Source: an uncultured Clostridia bacterium
GTDB taxonomy: Bacteria; Bacillota; Clostridia; TANB77; CAG-508
DNA: 64,000 nucleotides
NCBI GenBank assembly: GCA_947626885.1
Contig: CANQTX010000001.1
Location: forward strand, 30,741 to 94,740
Reading direction: 5' to 3'
Every line of letters starts with the position of its first letter. Position 1 is the first letter of the stretch. Below the pieces are notes generated by a model that was not told the origin of the DNA, did no database searches, and saw only the letters and a program-made list of their open reading frames with translations. The translations under genes were made by a program, and so were the position numbers. Shown one piece after another: positions 1-9,347 of the stretch.

Positions 1-798
1 ATTCATAATTCTAAGCATTTCATCTGGTTTTATATCATATAATTTCATGACTGTTGGAATAATAGAAGGATCAACATCACCACATCGTGTTCCCATAGGA
101 ACACCTGCCAAAGGCGTTAACCCCATGGTTGTATCTATTGATTTACCATCTTTTATAGCACACAAAGACGCCCCTTGTCCTAAATGGCAACTAATGATAC
201 GTAAATCATTTCTGCCTAACATTTCTGATATTCTCTTTGCAATATATCTGTGAGAAATCCCATGAAATCCATATTTTCTAATTTTATAATCTTCATAATA
301 TTTATAAGGAAGTTGGTAAATAAATGCTTTTTCTTCCATTGTTTGATGAAAAGCTGTATCAAATACTGCTACCATAGGCGTATGAGGTAATAATTTTCTA
401 CACGCTTCAATTCCTGCTAAACCTGCTGGATTATGCAATGGTGCTAAAGTAATATTTTCTTCTATGGCTGCTATTACATCATTATCTATTATCACAGAAT
501 TTTTAAATTTTTCTCCTCCATGAACAATACGATGCCCCACTGCTCCAATTTCATTAAAATCATGAATTACTTGATATTCTTCACTTGTCAGCAGACTTAA
601 TATTTTCTCAATAGCCTCTTCAAAATCTCTTGCAGGATATTCTATAACAGATTTATTTCCTCGTACATTAAAACGAAGAGAAGATCTAGCACCACCAATT
701 CTATCGTAATGTCCTTTCATAATTCTTTCTTTTTTTTCCATATCAATTAATTGACATTTTAATGAAGAACTACCACAATTTAATACTAATACTTTCAT
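1..798 (-). CDS. acetate/propionate kinase family protein, second tandem paralog (partial; C-terminus lies beyond the window start)
   Basis: Absent from the ORF track only because no stop codon falls inside the window. Reverse translation from the ATG at 796-798 reads MKVLVLNCGSSSLKCQLIDM...VGHRIVHGGEKF...LAPLHNPAG...VFDTAFHQTM...IRKYGFHGISHRY...CHLGQGASLCAI. This is colinear with the ackA product next door. A strong SD (aaaaggaggcttt) precedes the ATG. Confidence 0.85.
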   Translation of the reverse strand, partial: MKVLVLNCGSSSLKCQLIDMEKKERIMKGHYDRIGGARSSLRFNVRGNKSVIEYPARDFEEAIEKILSLLTSEEYQVIHDFNEIGAVGHRIVHGGEKFKNSVIIDNDVIAAIEENITLAPLHNPAGLAGIEACRKLLPHTPMVAVFDTAFHQTMEEKAFIYQLPYKYYEDYKIRKYGFHGISHRYIAKRISEMLGRNDLRIISCHLGQGASLCAIKDGKSIDTTMGLTPLAGVPMGTRCGDVDPSIIPTVMKLYDIKPDEMLRIMN

Positions 799-811
799 AA
801 AGCCTCCTTTT

Positions 812-855
812 AAAAATAAAGAGCAACGTAATAACTCGCGATACTACGATGCTCT
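812..855 (-). terminator. possible intrinsic terminator/attenuator between the two kinase genes
   Basis: On the minus strand: agagcaUcg - 18-nt loop - cgUugcucu (9-bp stem with one U-U mismatch), followed by uuauuuuu. It lies 13 nt after the ackA stop. Confidence 0.45.
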
Positions 856-867
856 CCTTAAACTTAT

Positions 868-2070
868 TTATTTTAAACTTTCAACAATATTTTTTGTGTC
901 TCTTGCAATTACCATTTCTTCATCTGTTGGAATAACGTATACTAACACTTGAGAATCATCTGTTGCTATTTTTATTTCTTCTCCTCTAATAGCATTTTTG
1001 TCTAAATCTAGTTTTACTCCCATCCACTCTAAATTTTCGCAAATTTTCTTTCTAATATTTATCTGATTTTCTCCAATACCACCAGTAAATACAATTGCAT
1101 CAATTCCTTTTAATGAAACAGCATATTTTGCAATAAACTGTGCAATTGTTTTGGTAAATAATTCTATAGCAACTTTTGCTTTTGGTTTATCGTCTTCATA
1201 AGAAGCTAATTCTATTTCTCTAAAATCTGGATTTAATCCTGTCATACCGTATAAACCAGATTTTTTATTTAATATACGATTCATTTCCTTTGGAGAATAT
1301 CCTTCTCTTTCCATAATATCTGTTACAACAGATGGATCTAAATCTCCTGAACGTGTTACCATTGCAATACCACCTAATGGAGAAAGTCCCATTGAAGTAT
1401 CAATTGATTTTCCACCATCAATTGCGCAAATAGAGGCACCTTGCCCTAAATGACAAGTAACTATTTTTAAATCTTCTATTGGTTTTCCTATTAGCTTAGC
1501 TGCTCTTTTTGATACATATTGATGTGAAGTTCCGTGAAATCCATATTTTCTAATACGATATTTTTCATAATATTCATAAGGAATTGGATATAAATAATTT
1601 TCTTTAGGCATCGTTTGATGAAATGCAGTATCAAATGTTCCTACCATTGGAACACCTGGCATTTCCTTTTGACAGGCTCTAATTCCTAAAATTCCCGCTG
1701 GATTATGAAGTGGTGCCAAAGATGCACAATCTTCTATTTTTTGAATGACATCTTCATCAATTAAAACAGATTTATTGAAAAGTTCTCCACCATGAACAAC
1801 TCTATGTCCTACTGCATCAATTTCTGATAGTTCTTTGATGACACCATATTCTTCATGTTTCAATTGTGCCAATATAATTTTTAATGCTTCTTCATGATTT
1901 TTTACTGGTTCTTTTATTACGTATTTTTCTCCACCCACTTTATGTGTTAAAAAAGCTTCTTGTTCTCCTATTCTTTCAAAATTTCCTTTTGCTAAAACAG
2001 ATTCATCTTGCATATGAATTAATTGATATTTTAAAGATGAACTTCCACAATTGATTACTAAAATTTTCAT
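868..2070 (-). CDS. ackA: acetate kinase
   Basis: 400-aa ORF with MKILVINCGSSSLKYQL N-terminus and GHRVVHGG, LAPLHNPAG, FDTAFHQTMP and KYGFHGTSHQY motifs. It sits immediately downstream of pta. Confidence 0.95.
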   Translation of the reverse strand: MKILVINCGSSSLKYQLIHMQDESVLAKGNFERIGEQEAFLTHKVGGEKYVIKEPVKNHEEALKIILAQLKHEEYGVIKELSEIDAVGHRVVHGGELFNKSVLIDEDVIQKIEDCASLAPLHNPAGILGIRACQKEMPGVPMVGTFDTAFHQTMPKENYLYPIPYEYYEKYRIRKYGFHGTSHQYVSKRAAKLIGKPIEDLKIVTCHLGQGASICAIDGGKSIDTSMGLSPLGGIAMVTRSGDLDPSVVTDIMEREGYSPKEMNRILNKKSGLYGMTGLNPDFREIELASYEDDKPKAKVAIELFTKTIAQFIAKYAVSLKGIDAIVFTGGIGENQINIRKKICENLEWMGVKLDLDKNAIRGEEIKIATDDSQVLVYVIPTDEEMVIARDTKNIVESLK

Positions 2071-2112
2071 AATTTACTCTTTTCCTTTCCGAGGGACAAT
2101 CTTTCCCTATAT

Positions 2113-3105
2113 TTATTGCGCTTGAACAGCAGTAATAGCAATAACACCTGCAATATCTTCTGCACTACATCCCCTTGATAAGTCGTTTACTGGTCTTGCA
2201 ATTCCTTGACAAATAGGTCCATATGCCTCGGCTTTTGCCAATCTCTGTACAAGTTTATAGCCAATATTTCCTGCATTTAAATCTGGAAAAATTAACGTAT
2301 TGGCACATCCTGCAATATTACTGTTTGGTGCCTTACTTGCCCCAACTTCTGGAACAATAGCAGCATCTAATTGTAATTCTCCATCTACTTTCATAGTAGG
2401 ATAAGTTTCTTTTGCTATTTTGGTTGCTTCAATCACTTTCTCTGTTAATTCAGATTTAGCACTTCCATAACTTGAATAAGAAAGCATTGCTACTTTTGCC
2501 TCTTTTCCTACCAATTGTTCAAAACTTTTACTTGAGGAATATGCTATTTCTGCTAACTCTTCTGCTGTTGGGTTTTGATTTAAACCACAATCCCCAAATA
2601 CAAACACACCTTCATTACCATAAACACAATCTGGTACAACCATTAAGAAGAATGCTGATACAAGTTTTGTTCCTGGTGCCGTTTTTAAGATTTGTAATGC
2701 TGGTCTTAATGTGTCTGAAGTAGAATGAATTGCACCAGATACTAAACCATCTGCTTCTTCCAATTTTACCATCATCATACCAAAATATACTTCATCTTTC
2801 ATAAGTTCTTCTGCTTGTTCTAATGTCATTCCCTTTGCTTTTCTTAATTCATATAAGCTTTCTGCATATCTTTTGCTATTTTCAGATGTTTCTGGGTTAA
2901 TAATAGTAGCTCCAGAAATATCTACTTGATTTTCTTTTGCTATTTTTTGAATCTTCTCTTCGTTACCTATTAAAATAATTTGTGCATATTTTTCTTCTAA
3001 AACTGTTGCAGCTGCTATAATGGTTCTCGCATCAGAAGCTTCTGGTAGTACAATTTTCTTTATTTGTTTTTTTGCTCTTTCTTTCATTCCTTCTATAAAA
3101 TTCAT
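2113..3105 (-). CDS. pta: phosphate acetyltransferase (short, catalytic-domain-only form)
   Basis: 330-aa ORF. N-terminus KKIVLPEASDARTI, plus SGAIHSTSDTLRPALQILKT and FGDCGLNQNPTAEELAEIA, are typical of Pta. SD gaggagg precedes the ATG. Classic pta-ackA pairing. Confidence 0.95.
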   Translation of the reverse strand: MNFIEGMKERAKKQIKKIVLPEASDARTIIAAATVLEEKYAQIILIGNEEKIQKIAKENQVDISGATIINPETSENSKRYAESLYELRKAKGMTLEQAEELMKDEVYFGMMMVKLEEADGLVSGAIHSTSDTLRPALQILKTAPGTKLVSAFFLMVVPDCVYGNEGVFVFGDCGLNQNPTAEELAEIAYSSSKSFEQLVGKEAKVAMLSYSSYGSAKSELTEKVIEATKIAKETYPTMKVDGELQLDAAIVPEVGASKAPNSNIAGCANTLIFPDLNAGNIGYKLVQRLAKAEAYGPICQGIARPVNDLSRGCSAEDIAGVIAITAVQAQ

Positions 3106-3137
3106 TTTTTAATTCCTCCTCATTCTACATCTTAGTC

Positions 3138-3166
3138 ATTATATATAAGTTTCTTAAGAAAGTCAA
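3138..3166 (-). promoter_or_regulatory. sigma-A type promoter for pta-ackA
   Basis: Minus strand reads TTGACT - 17 nt - TATAAT, about 30 nt upstream of the pta ATG. Confidence 0.6.
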
Positions 3167-3275
3167 TTTTAAATTTGAACATTTTAACAAATACTAGATA
3201 AATTTTAAAGCTTATTTTTGAATCGAGTAACATAGAAAATTTTAATAGATGAAATCTTGATTCTCTCACACCATG

Positions 3276-3310
3276 AAAAAGGTTGCTTGCTTTCTTAAGC
3301 ATAGCAACCT
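3276..3310 (-). terminator. intrinsic terminator after the 3360-4340 gene
   Basis: Minus strand: aggttgct(a)tgc - ttaagaaa - gca agcaacct, followed by TTTTT. Confidence 0.7.
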
Positions 3311-3359
3311 GATTTCTAGTGTGTAATTTTTAGATTAAAAAATTTTAATTTAAAATTGT

Positions 3360-4340
3360 TTAGTAAGTCCTATAATGGACTCCCTCACTTCTGTCAATGA
3401 TTCCGGACTTGGTATACAATGTATACCATTGTCCTAAGGCCATTACACCCGATGTAACCTCTCGGTTATAACTATTAGCCGATGAATATATGTTTTCATA
3501 GTAATTCCCAGAGGAATCTATCCAAGCAACAGTTTCCTCTGCATAACTGCTATAAAAAGACTCTACACCCTCTGCCAGCTTTTTTGAGAAAGTGTCTGAT
3601 AAAATATACAGTTTCTTCTCTACAGTTTCATAGGCAAGTACCGAGTGTTCCTCTTCTCCGTAAATATTGTGGATTTTTAACCAAATACCTGGATATGGGG
3701 TCTCTACATCATTGCCTACATTTTCGAATGTGTCAAAATACATATATACTTTTTCATTGATGATCTCTTTTTCTGGACTTTTTTTCGTCCAGTCTATAAG
3801 TATTTCTTGGTGCGTGATGTAATTTATGAATCGCACTTTTTCCTTACCTTCCATTCGGTAGTCGAATACATACTCCGATAATATTTCCTCTTTGCTTTCA
3901 TCAATATCAAGCTTTATAAGCTTATTATTGTTATAGAATAAAAGCTTATTTTCGACAATTGCTATCGGATAGATATTTTTTACCCTTCCGTATTCTATCG
4001 AAAAGGTGGACTCATTCAGGTAGATCCTTTTTATTATTTTTCCAAATTGCCACTGATTGAATGTTCCATCGTCTCCAACCAACACACTATCCTTTAAGTC
4101 CACTATATATTTGGATTCATCAAACCTATATGGAAGATGTATATTTCCCAAAAGGTCTCCCTTGTAATAAATTTGACTTCCTTCCATAGTATAGCCTGAG
4201 GGAATTTCTTTCCCTGAATTTAATATTTCCTGTACATGCTGAAACCGTTCCTTTGGAACAATACCTGACTCGCTTACCGCAAATACTCCTGCTAAAAAGA
4301 GCAAAAATATTGTTATAAGAAGTATTTTTTTAATTTGCAT
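3360..4340 (-). CDS. secreted or membrane-anchored protein of unknown function
   Basis: 326-aa ORF. N-terminal hydrophobic signal/anchor MQIKKILLITIFLLFLAGVFAV; no motif I recognise. It has its own promoter and terminator and a good SD (caggaggaatttt). Parts of the gene are visibly G+C-richer than the surroundings. Confidence 0.75.
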   Translation of the reverse strand: MQIKKILLITIFLLFLAGVFAVSESGIVPKERFQHVQEILNSGKEIPSGYTMEGSQIYYKGDLLGNIHLPYRFDESKYIVDLKDSVLVGDDGTFNQWQFGKIIKRIYLNESTFSIEYGRVKNIYPIAIVENKLLFYNNNKLIKLDIDESKEEILSEYVFDYRMEGKEKVRFINYITHQEILIDWTKKSPEKEIINEKVYMYFDTFENVGNDVETPYPGIWLKIHNIYGEEEHSVLAYETVEKKLYILSDTFSKKLAEGVESFYSSYAEETVAWIDSSGNYYENIYSSANSYNREVTSGVMALGQWYTLYTKSGIIDRSEGVHYRTY

Positions 4341-4448
4341 AAAATTCCTCCTGTTAAATTTTACTTTTTAACCTTCTTCTTACACACTTTTGAATGCAGA
4401 CATCCATGGTAGTCTTTGATGACTATTCAAAAAATCTCATCCACAATG

Positions 4449-4477
4449 AGTATATCATTATTTACATAATTTTTCAA
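4449..4477 (-). promoter_or_regulatory. sigma-A type promoter for the 3360-4340 gene
   Basis: Minus strand reads TTGAAA - 17 nt - TATACT, about 110 nt upstream of the ATG at 4340. Confidence 0.5.
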
Positions 4478-4542
4478 ATACTATTTTCTTAAAACATATT
4501 TTTATCCAATGTATCATTTGATCTTTCTATGCTTAAACTAAC

Positions 4543-5175
4543 CTATTTTTTAGCTTCCCTACAATACTGATTTACTGGACATATTGTACATTTAGGATTT
4601 CTTGCACTACATATATTTCTACCATGCCATACAAAAAGATGATTTACATCATAGTAATATTCTTTCGGAATTTGTTTTAATAAATCCTGTTCTATTTTTT
4701 CTGGATTAGTCTGTTTTGAAAATCCCATTTTATTAGCAATGCGTTTTGCATGTGTATCTACTGCTATTCCTTGAGGATTATGGAAGGCTTCCAACATAAT
4801 GACATTCGCACTTTTCCTTCCTATACCTGGTAAGCTCTGCAATTCTTCCATTGTTTCTGGTACAACACCTTTGAAATTTTCCAACAATTTCTGACTACAT
4901 GCTTTTATATTCTTAGCTTTATTTTTATAAAACCCACATGGATGAATTAATGTTTCTAATTCTTTGATGCTAATCTCTGCTAAAGCTTGAGGTGTATTAT
5001 ATTGTTTAAATAAATCAGGTGTAGTTTTATTAACCCTTTCATCTGTACACTGTGCTGAAAGCATAACCGCTATCATTATTTCAAATGGTGTGGTAAAGTC
5101 TAAACTACAGGTAGCATCTGGATAATACGTTTTTAAGATTTTTATAATTTCTATTGCTTCTTTTTTAGATTTCAT
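4543..5175 (-). CDS. nth: endonuclease III (DNA glycosylase/AP lyase)
   Basis: 210-aa ORF. HhH-GPD motif LPGIGRKSANVIM, catalytic region AVDTHAKRI, and a C-terminal CX6CX2CX5C iron-sulfur cluster loop (CSARNPKCTICPVNQYC). Confidence 0.93.
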   Translation of the reverse strand: MKSKKEAIEIIKILKTYYPDATCSLDFTTPFEIMIAVMLSAQCTDERVNKTTPDLFKQYNTPQALAEISIKELETLIHPCGFYKNKAKNIKACSQKLLENFKGVVPETMEELQSLPGIGRKSANVIMLEAFHNPQGIAVDTHAKRIANKMGFSKQTNPEKIEQDLLKQIPKEYYYDVNHLFVWHGRNICSARNPKCTICPVNQYCREAKK

Positions 5176-5204
5176 TTTTTTCTCCTTGTATAATTGCTCA
5201 ATTA

Positions 5205-5249
5205 TGAAAGAAAACAGCTTAAAAATAGTAAACTATCTTTAAGCTGTTT
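5205..5249 (-). terminator. intrinsic terminator after the 5263-6516 gene
   Basis: Minus strand: aaacagcttaaa - 14-nt loop - tttaagctgttt (12-bp perfect stem), followed by a U-rich tail TCTTTC. Confidence 0.6.
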
Positions 5250-5262
5250 CATGATTTTTATA

Positions 5263-6516
5263 TTATTGTTCCTTAGTAGTTACATTCAATTCTTCTGTTT
5301 TTTTCTTGCTAAATATAGATATAACAATATATCCTAAACCTAGTAACACAGCAATTATTGACAAAATTGAACCTACTATTGGAATATATTCTATTGCCTT
5401 TACCACTAAATAGATAACAGCCGTTCCTATAAATAATGCTACCTTCTGATTTGCTTTTTCTTTTAATGCAACAGATGCTATTACAAATGATGCAACTAAT
5501 TTTGAAACATATATCATACTAATATAAATAAACAATAGTATTATGCCTAATGATAAACCAAATACCTGTGTAAAACAAATCAACGCAATGATCGGACAAA
5601 GTATCAATGTTAAAAGTCCTATTCCTAATGTCTTCAATGTACTTTTAGTTGTAATGGATTTATTTGCTTCTCTTAATTTAGTATTAGCTATTACTAAGAA
5701 AAGAGCAATTACAACAGCTTTTACAATTATAGTTAATATACTTGTTAGAATCGTTTGTAATGAATTGGCTTCCTCCGTTACATTACTCTCTACAAATTTT
5801 GTATAATGCACATCTGCAATATGTGCACTTTGTGGTATGTTCGTTTCTTCACTAGACATATAAGAGAATTTTCCACCTATGATAGTATTATCTGCTATTT
5901 GAATCTGATTTGCTAGCATGGTTAAATTTCTTCCAATTGCTCCCTTGAAAGTAAAATTATCTCCTAAAATATAAGCATTTCTTAAAATATCCGTATCTGT
6001 ATTGAGATTCACCGTACTGCCTAATATATATACATCATTAGCTTGCCCATTAAATACAATATTTTCTGCACCTATGTAAGCTGTTCCATTAATAATCGTA
6101 TTTTCTATATCAATATCATTTGCCATTAAGAATACATTTCCATCAATCATAACATCTGTTAAAGTAATTTTTTCTGCTAACACATAGATATTACCATTAA
6201 CATTTTGTGTTAAATGATATTCTCCTTCTTGTATCTGAAATATGTCGTCGTTGTAAGTGTTATTTGTATTACCAATCTCATTCATTGGATCTTCTGAAAT
6301 TAATGCAATATCACCTTGTACAGCATCTATAACACCATCTCTTAAATACTCCTCACTAATAGGATTAGTAACTTCTGTTGTTATTTCATCTGTATTCATA
6401 TTGGTTTCTTGATTTTCTTCTGTGGCATAACATGCAGAAATCATTCCTGTTGCAATAGTACATACCAACAATACAATAAATATTGTTCTTATCCATGTTT
6501 GTTTTATCAGTCTCAT
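5263..6516 (-). CDS. membrane protein with extracytoplasmic bactofilin-like beta-helix repeats
   Basis: 417-aa ORF. Signal peptide MRLIKQTWIRTIFIVLLVCTIATGMISACYA and an acidic linker. About 170 aa of short beta-strand repeats follow (NVNGNIYVLAEKITLTDVMIDGNVFLMANDIDIENTIINGTAYIGAENIVFNG...), then about 5 hydrophobic helices. Confidence 0.75.
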   Translation of the reverse strand: MRLIKQTWIRTIFIVLLVCTIATGMISACYATEENQETNMNTDEITTEVTNPISEEYLRDGVIDAVQGDIALISEDPMNEIGNTNNTYNDDIFQIQEGEYHLTQNVNGNIYVLAEKITLTDVMIDGNVFLMANDIDIENTIINGTAYIGAENIVFNGQANDVYILGSTVNLNTDTDILRNAYILGDNFTFKGAIGRNLTMLANQIQIADNTIIGGKFSYMSSEETNIPQSAHIADVHYTKFVESNVTEEANSLQTILTSILTIIVKAVVIALFLVIANTKLREANKSITTKSTLKTLGIGLLTLILCPIIALICFTQVFGLSLGIILLFIYISMIYVSKLVASFVIASVALKEKANQKVALFIGTAVIYLVVKAIEYIPIVGSILSIIAVLLGLGYIVISIFSKKKTEELNVTTKEQ

Positions 6517-6608
6517 GTTCTTTTTTATGATATTTTAAAAATATCATATCTCCTTTCTTTATTATTTATATTAGTTACCATGATTATATATTATATCATC
6601 ATGGTATG

Positions 6609-7271
6609 CTAATCCAGTTTTAAATTGGCTACTGATTCTTTAAAATTATCTGAAGATGTAACATAATTACCTGCCACTAAAATATTGGCACCTGCTTCTT
6701 TAACCAACTTCGCTGTTTTATCATTGATTCCACCATCCACTTGTATATCAATATCTATATGATTTTGTGTTACATATTCTTTTAATGCTCTTACTTTTTC
6801 TATTGTACTAGGAATGAGTTTTTGCCCACCTTTACCTGGTACTACTGTCATAACCAAAATCATATGCACATATGGTAAAAAAGGTTTAATAACATCAATA
6901 CTTGTATCAGGACTAATAGCAATACCAACTTTTATATGATTTTCTTTTAACATTTTAATAATAGTTTTAACACGTTCTATATCTTTTACAGCTTCTATAT
7001 GAAAAGTGATTCTATCTGGCTTTAGGCTTAAATATTCTTCAATATGTTGTTCTATATCTTCCACCATAAAATGAATATCCAAAGGAATATTACTAATATG
7101 AGAAATAGTTAACGCATAATTTTTCATGATATCTATTGTATTTTTTTCTACAAATTTTCCATCCATCACATCAATATGAAAATAATTTATTTTAGCTACT
7201 TCCAATTCGTATAATGCATGCACTACATTATCTGTATGCATTGTTAATAAAGAAATCGATATTTCTACCAT
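6609..7271 (-). CDS. rpe: ribulose-phosphate 3-epimerase
   Basis: 220-aa ORF with HIDVMDGKFV, MTVVPGKGGQK and QVDGGIND motifs. Confidence 0.93.
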   Translation of the reverse strand: MVEISISLLTMHTDNVVHALYELEVAKINYFHIDVMDGKFVEKNTIDIMKNYALTISHISNIPLDIHFMVEDIEQHIEEYLSLKPDRITFHIEAVKDIERVKTIIKMLKENHIKVGIAISPDTSIDVIKPFLPYVHMILVMTVVPGKGGQKLIPSTIEKVRALKEYVTQNHIDIDIQVDGGINDKTAKLVKEAGANILVAGNYVTSSDNFKESVANLKLD

Positions 7272-7292
7272 ATACCCCTCACTACAACCATT

Positions 7293-9335
7293 TTATTGTA
7301 CATTAATCGTTTGACTACCTTTATTAAAATCTACTGTCTGCGTAAACTTTGTAACACCATCTACTTTCACCTTTACTTCTTTTACACCTGACGTTGTCCA
7401 AGATTTCGAAATATCCGTTTTGGTTTTTTTATACGATTCGTTCAAAATTGTATCTTCTCCAATTTCTATTACAACTATAGCCTCTTCCACCTCTGGTGTT
7501 TCTGATACTGATACTGTATTACCATTCTCATCTACTGTTGTATTCGTTGTTGGTGCTGGTTCTGTATAGCCTATTAAAGATTTTAAATTAACATTTACCG
7601 TAACAGTTGCTTTGACTGGTTGTTTATTCACTACAATCTCAACTGTTTCTCCTTCTTTTATAACTTTTCCTGCATTAACACTTTGTGAAATAACTACTCC
7701 ATCAGATTTTGAAGCATTTTCTTGATATGTCACATTAACTACAATACCACTATCTGTTAATGTTTTCTTAGCAGCATCTTCTGGCATTCCTAAAACACTA
7801 GGAATTGTTACATCTTTATAAGCACTTCCTTTACTAACTGTTATCTTTACTTCAGTGGCTGCTGTTATTTCTTCTCCTTCTCCTGGGTCTACATCTAACA
7901 CAATATCTGCTTCTACTTTTTCACTATTTTCTTCTATTACTTCATATTTTAATTCTAATGTATCTAATTCTGCTGTTACATCATCAATATTTTTTCCTAC
8001 CATTTTCTTCGGTAAGGTTACTATTTTTTGCCCTTTGCTGATAACTAATGTAATTGCTTTTGTAACATTTACTTTAAAATTGGCTTTATATTCTGGCACT
8101 TGTGATATAACATATCCCTCTTCTACATCGTCACTATATTCTTCTTCAATGGTAATATCTTTAAATCCTAAATTATTTAGTTTTTCAATTGCTTCTTCTT
8201 TTGTCAATGGTTTTTCATTATTATATCCTGCTACATTTGGTACTTCTGCTTCATTGGGTCTTGTTGTATTTAATACAGCAATTGTACCATACATAGCGCC
8301 AAAAAAGAGTAAAATAATAGCAATTATTATCGTGAGTGGTTTTGCCCATTTATGTTTCTTATAAAAAGCTCTTATATTTCCTTCTTTCTTTTCCTCCTCT
8401 TTTGTGGATTTTCTATCTTGATTGCTCTCCCTTTCCAAATCATAAATGGTTGGTACTTTTTGTGTAGGAGAATCTTCTCTTAATTTTTCTAAAACAACAA
8501 AATCTTCATCTGGTTTCTTAAGTGCTAAAGATAAATCTTCTAACATTTGTGTTGCATTTTGATAACGCAAATTAGGATCCTTTTGCATTGCTTTTAAAAT
8601 AATTTTATCTACACTAATAGGAATATTACTATTATATTTTAACGGATCAATTGGCTCTTCTTGAACTTGTTTTAGTGCAACTGATACAGGTGTATCTGCA
8701 TCAAATGGCACCCTACCTGTTAGCATTTCATACATCACTACACCTAAAGAATATAAATCTGATTTAGCATCTGTAAATCCTCCCCTTGCATGCTCTGGAG
8801 AGAAATAATGCACTGATCCGATTGTAGTTCCAAATGCTGTAATTGTTGAATTTGAAACGGCTTTTGCTATACCAAAATCTGTTACTTTGGCAATACCATC
8901 TTCTGTTATAATAATATTATGTGGTTTAATATCTCTATGAATAATATTATGTTTGTGTGCCATTTCTAATGCTGAAGCAATTTGCATCGCAATATTAACA
9001 GACCATTTCCATGAAAGCATACCATCTTCTACAATAATCTCTTTCAATGTTTTACCTTGTATTAATTCCATAACAATATAATACAAATTATCTTCATTAC
9101 AAACATCATAAATAGAAACAATATTAGGATGTGTTAAACTTGCTGCAGATTGTGCTTCTGTATTAAATTTTTTAATAAACTCACTATCTGTTGTAAATTC
9201 ATCTCTTAATACTTTTACTGCTACATATCTATTTAGAACATGACATTTTGCTTTATAAACTGTTGCCATACCGCCATTGCCAATCTTCTCTAAAATTTCA
9301 TATCGATTATTTAACATTTTACCTATTAGATTCAT
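7293..9335 (-). CDS. prkC: PASTA-domain Ser/Thr protein kinase
   Basis: 680-aa ORF. Hanks kinase motifs GNGGMATVYKA, VAVK, HRDIKPHN, DFGIAK and SPE. One TM helix (LTIIIAIILLFFGAMYGTIAVL). Three PASTA-like repeats plus a C-terminal beta-rich extension. Confidence 0.95.
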   Translation of the reverse strand: MNLIGKMLNNRYEILEKIGNGGMATVYKAKCHVLNRYVAVKVLRDEFTTDSEFIKKFNTEAQSAASLTHPNIVSIYDVCNEDNLYYIVMELIQGKTLKEIIVEDGMLSWKWSVNIAMQIASALEMAHKHNIIHRDIKPHNIIITEDGIAKVTDFGIAKAVSNSTITAFGTTIGSVHYFSPEHARGGFTDAKSDLYSLGVVMYEMLTGRVPFDADTPVSVALKQVQEEPIDPLKYNSNIPISVDKIILKAMQKDPNLRYQNATQMLEDLSLALKKPDEDFVVLEKLREDSPTQKVPTIYDLERESNQDRKSTKEEEKKEGNIRAFYKKHKWAKPLTIIIAIILLFFGAMYGTIAVLNTTRPNEAEVPNVAGYNNEKPLTKEEAIEKLNNLGFKDITIEEEYSDDVEEGYVISQVPEYKANFKVNVTKAITLVISKGQKIVTLPKKMVGKNIDDVTAELDTLELKYEVIEENSEKVEADIVLDVDPGEGEEITAATEVKITVSKGSAYKDVTIPSVLGMPEDAAKKTLTDSGIVVNVTYQENASKSDGVVISQSVNAGKVIKEGETVEIVVNKQPVKATVTVNVNLKSLIGYTEPAPTTNTTVDENGNTVSVSETPEVEEAIVVIEIGEDTILNESYKKTKTDISKSWTTSGVKEVKVKVDGVTKFTQTVDFNKGSQTINVQ

Positions 9336-9347
9336 TTTTAACTCTCC

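Noticed and set aside
47-253. 68-aa plus-strand ORF at the window start
   Set aside because: It lies antisense to the partial acetate-kinase paralog (1-798), whose translation is colinear with ackA.
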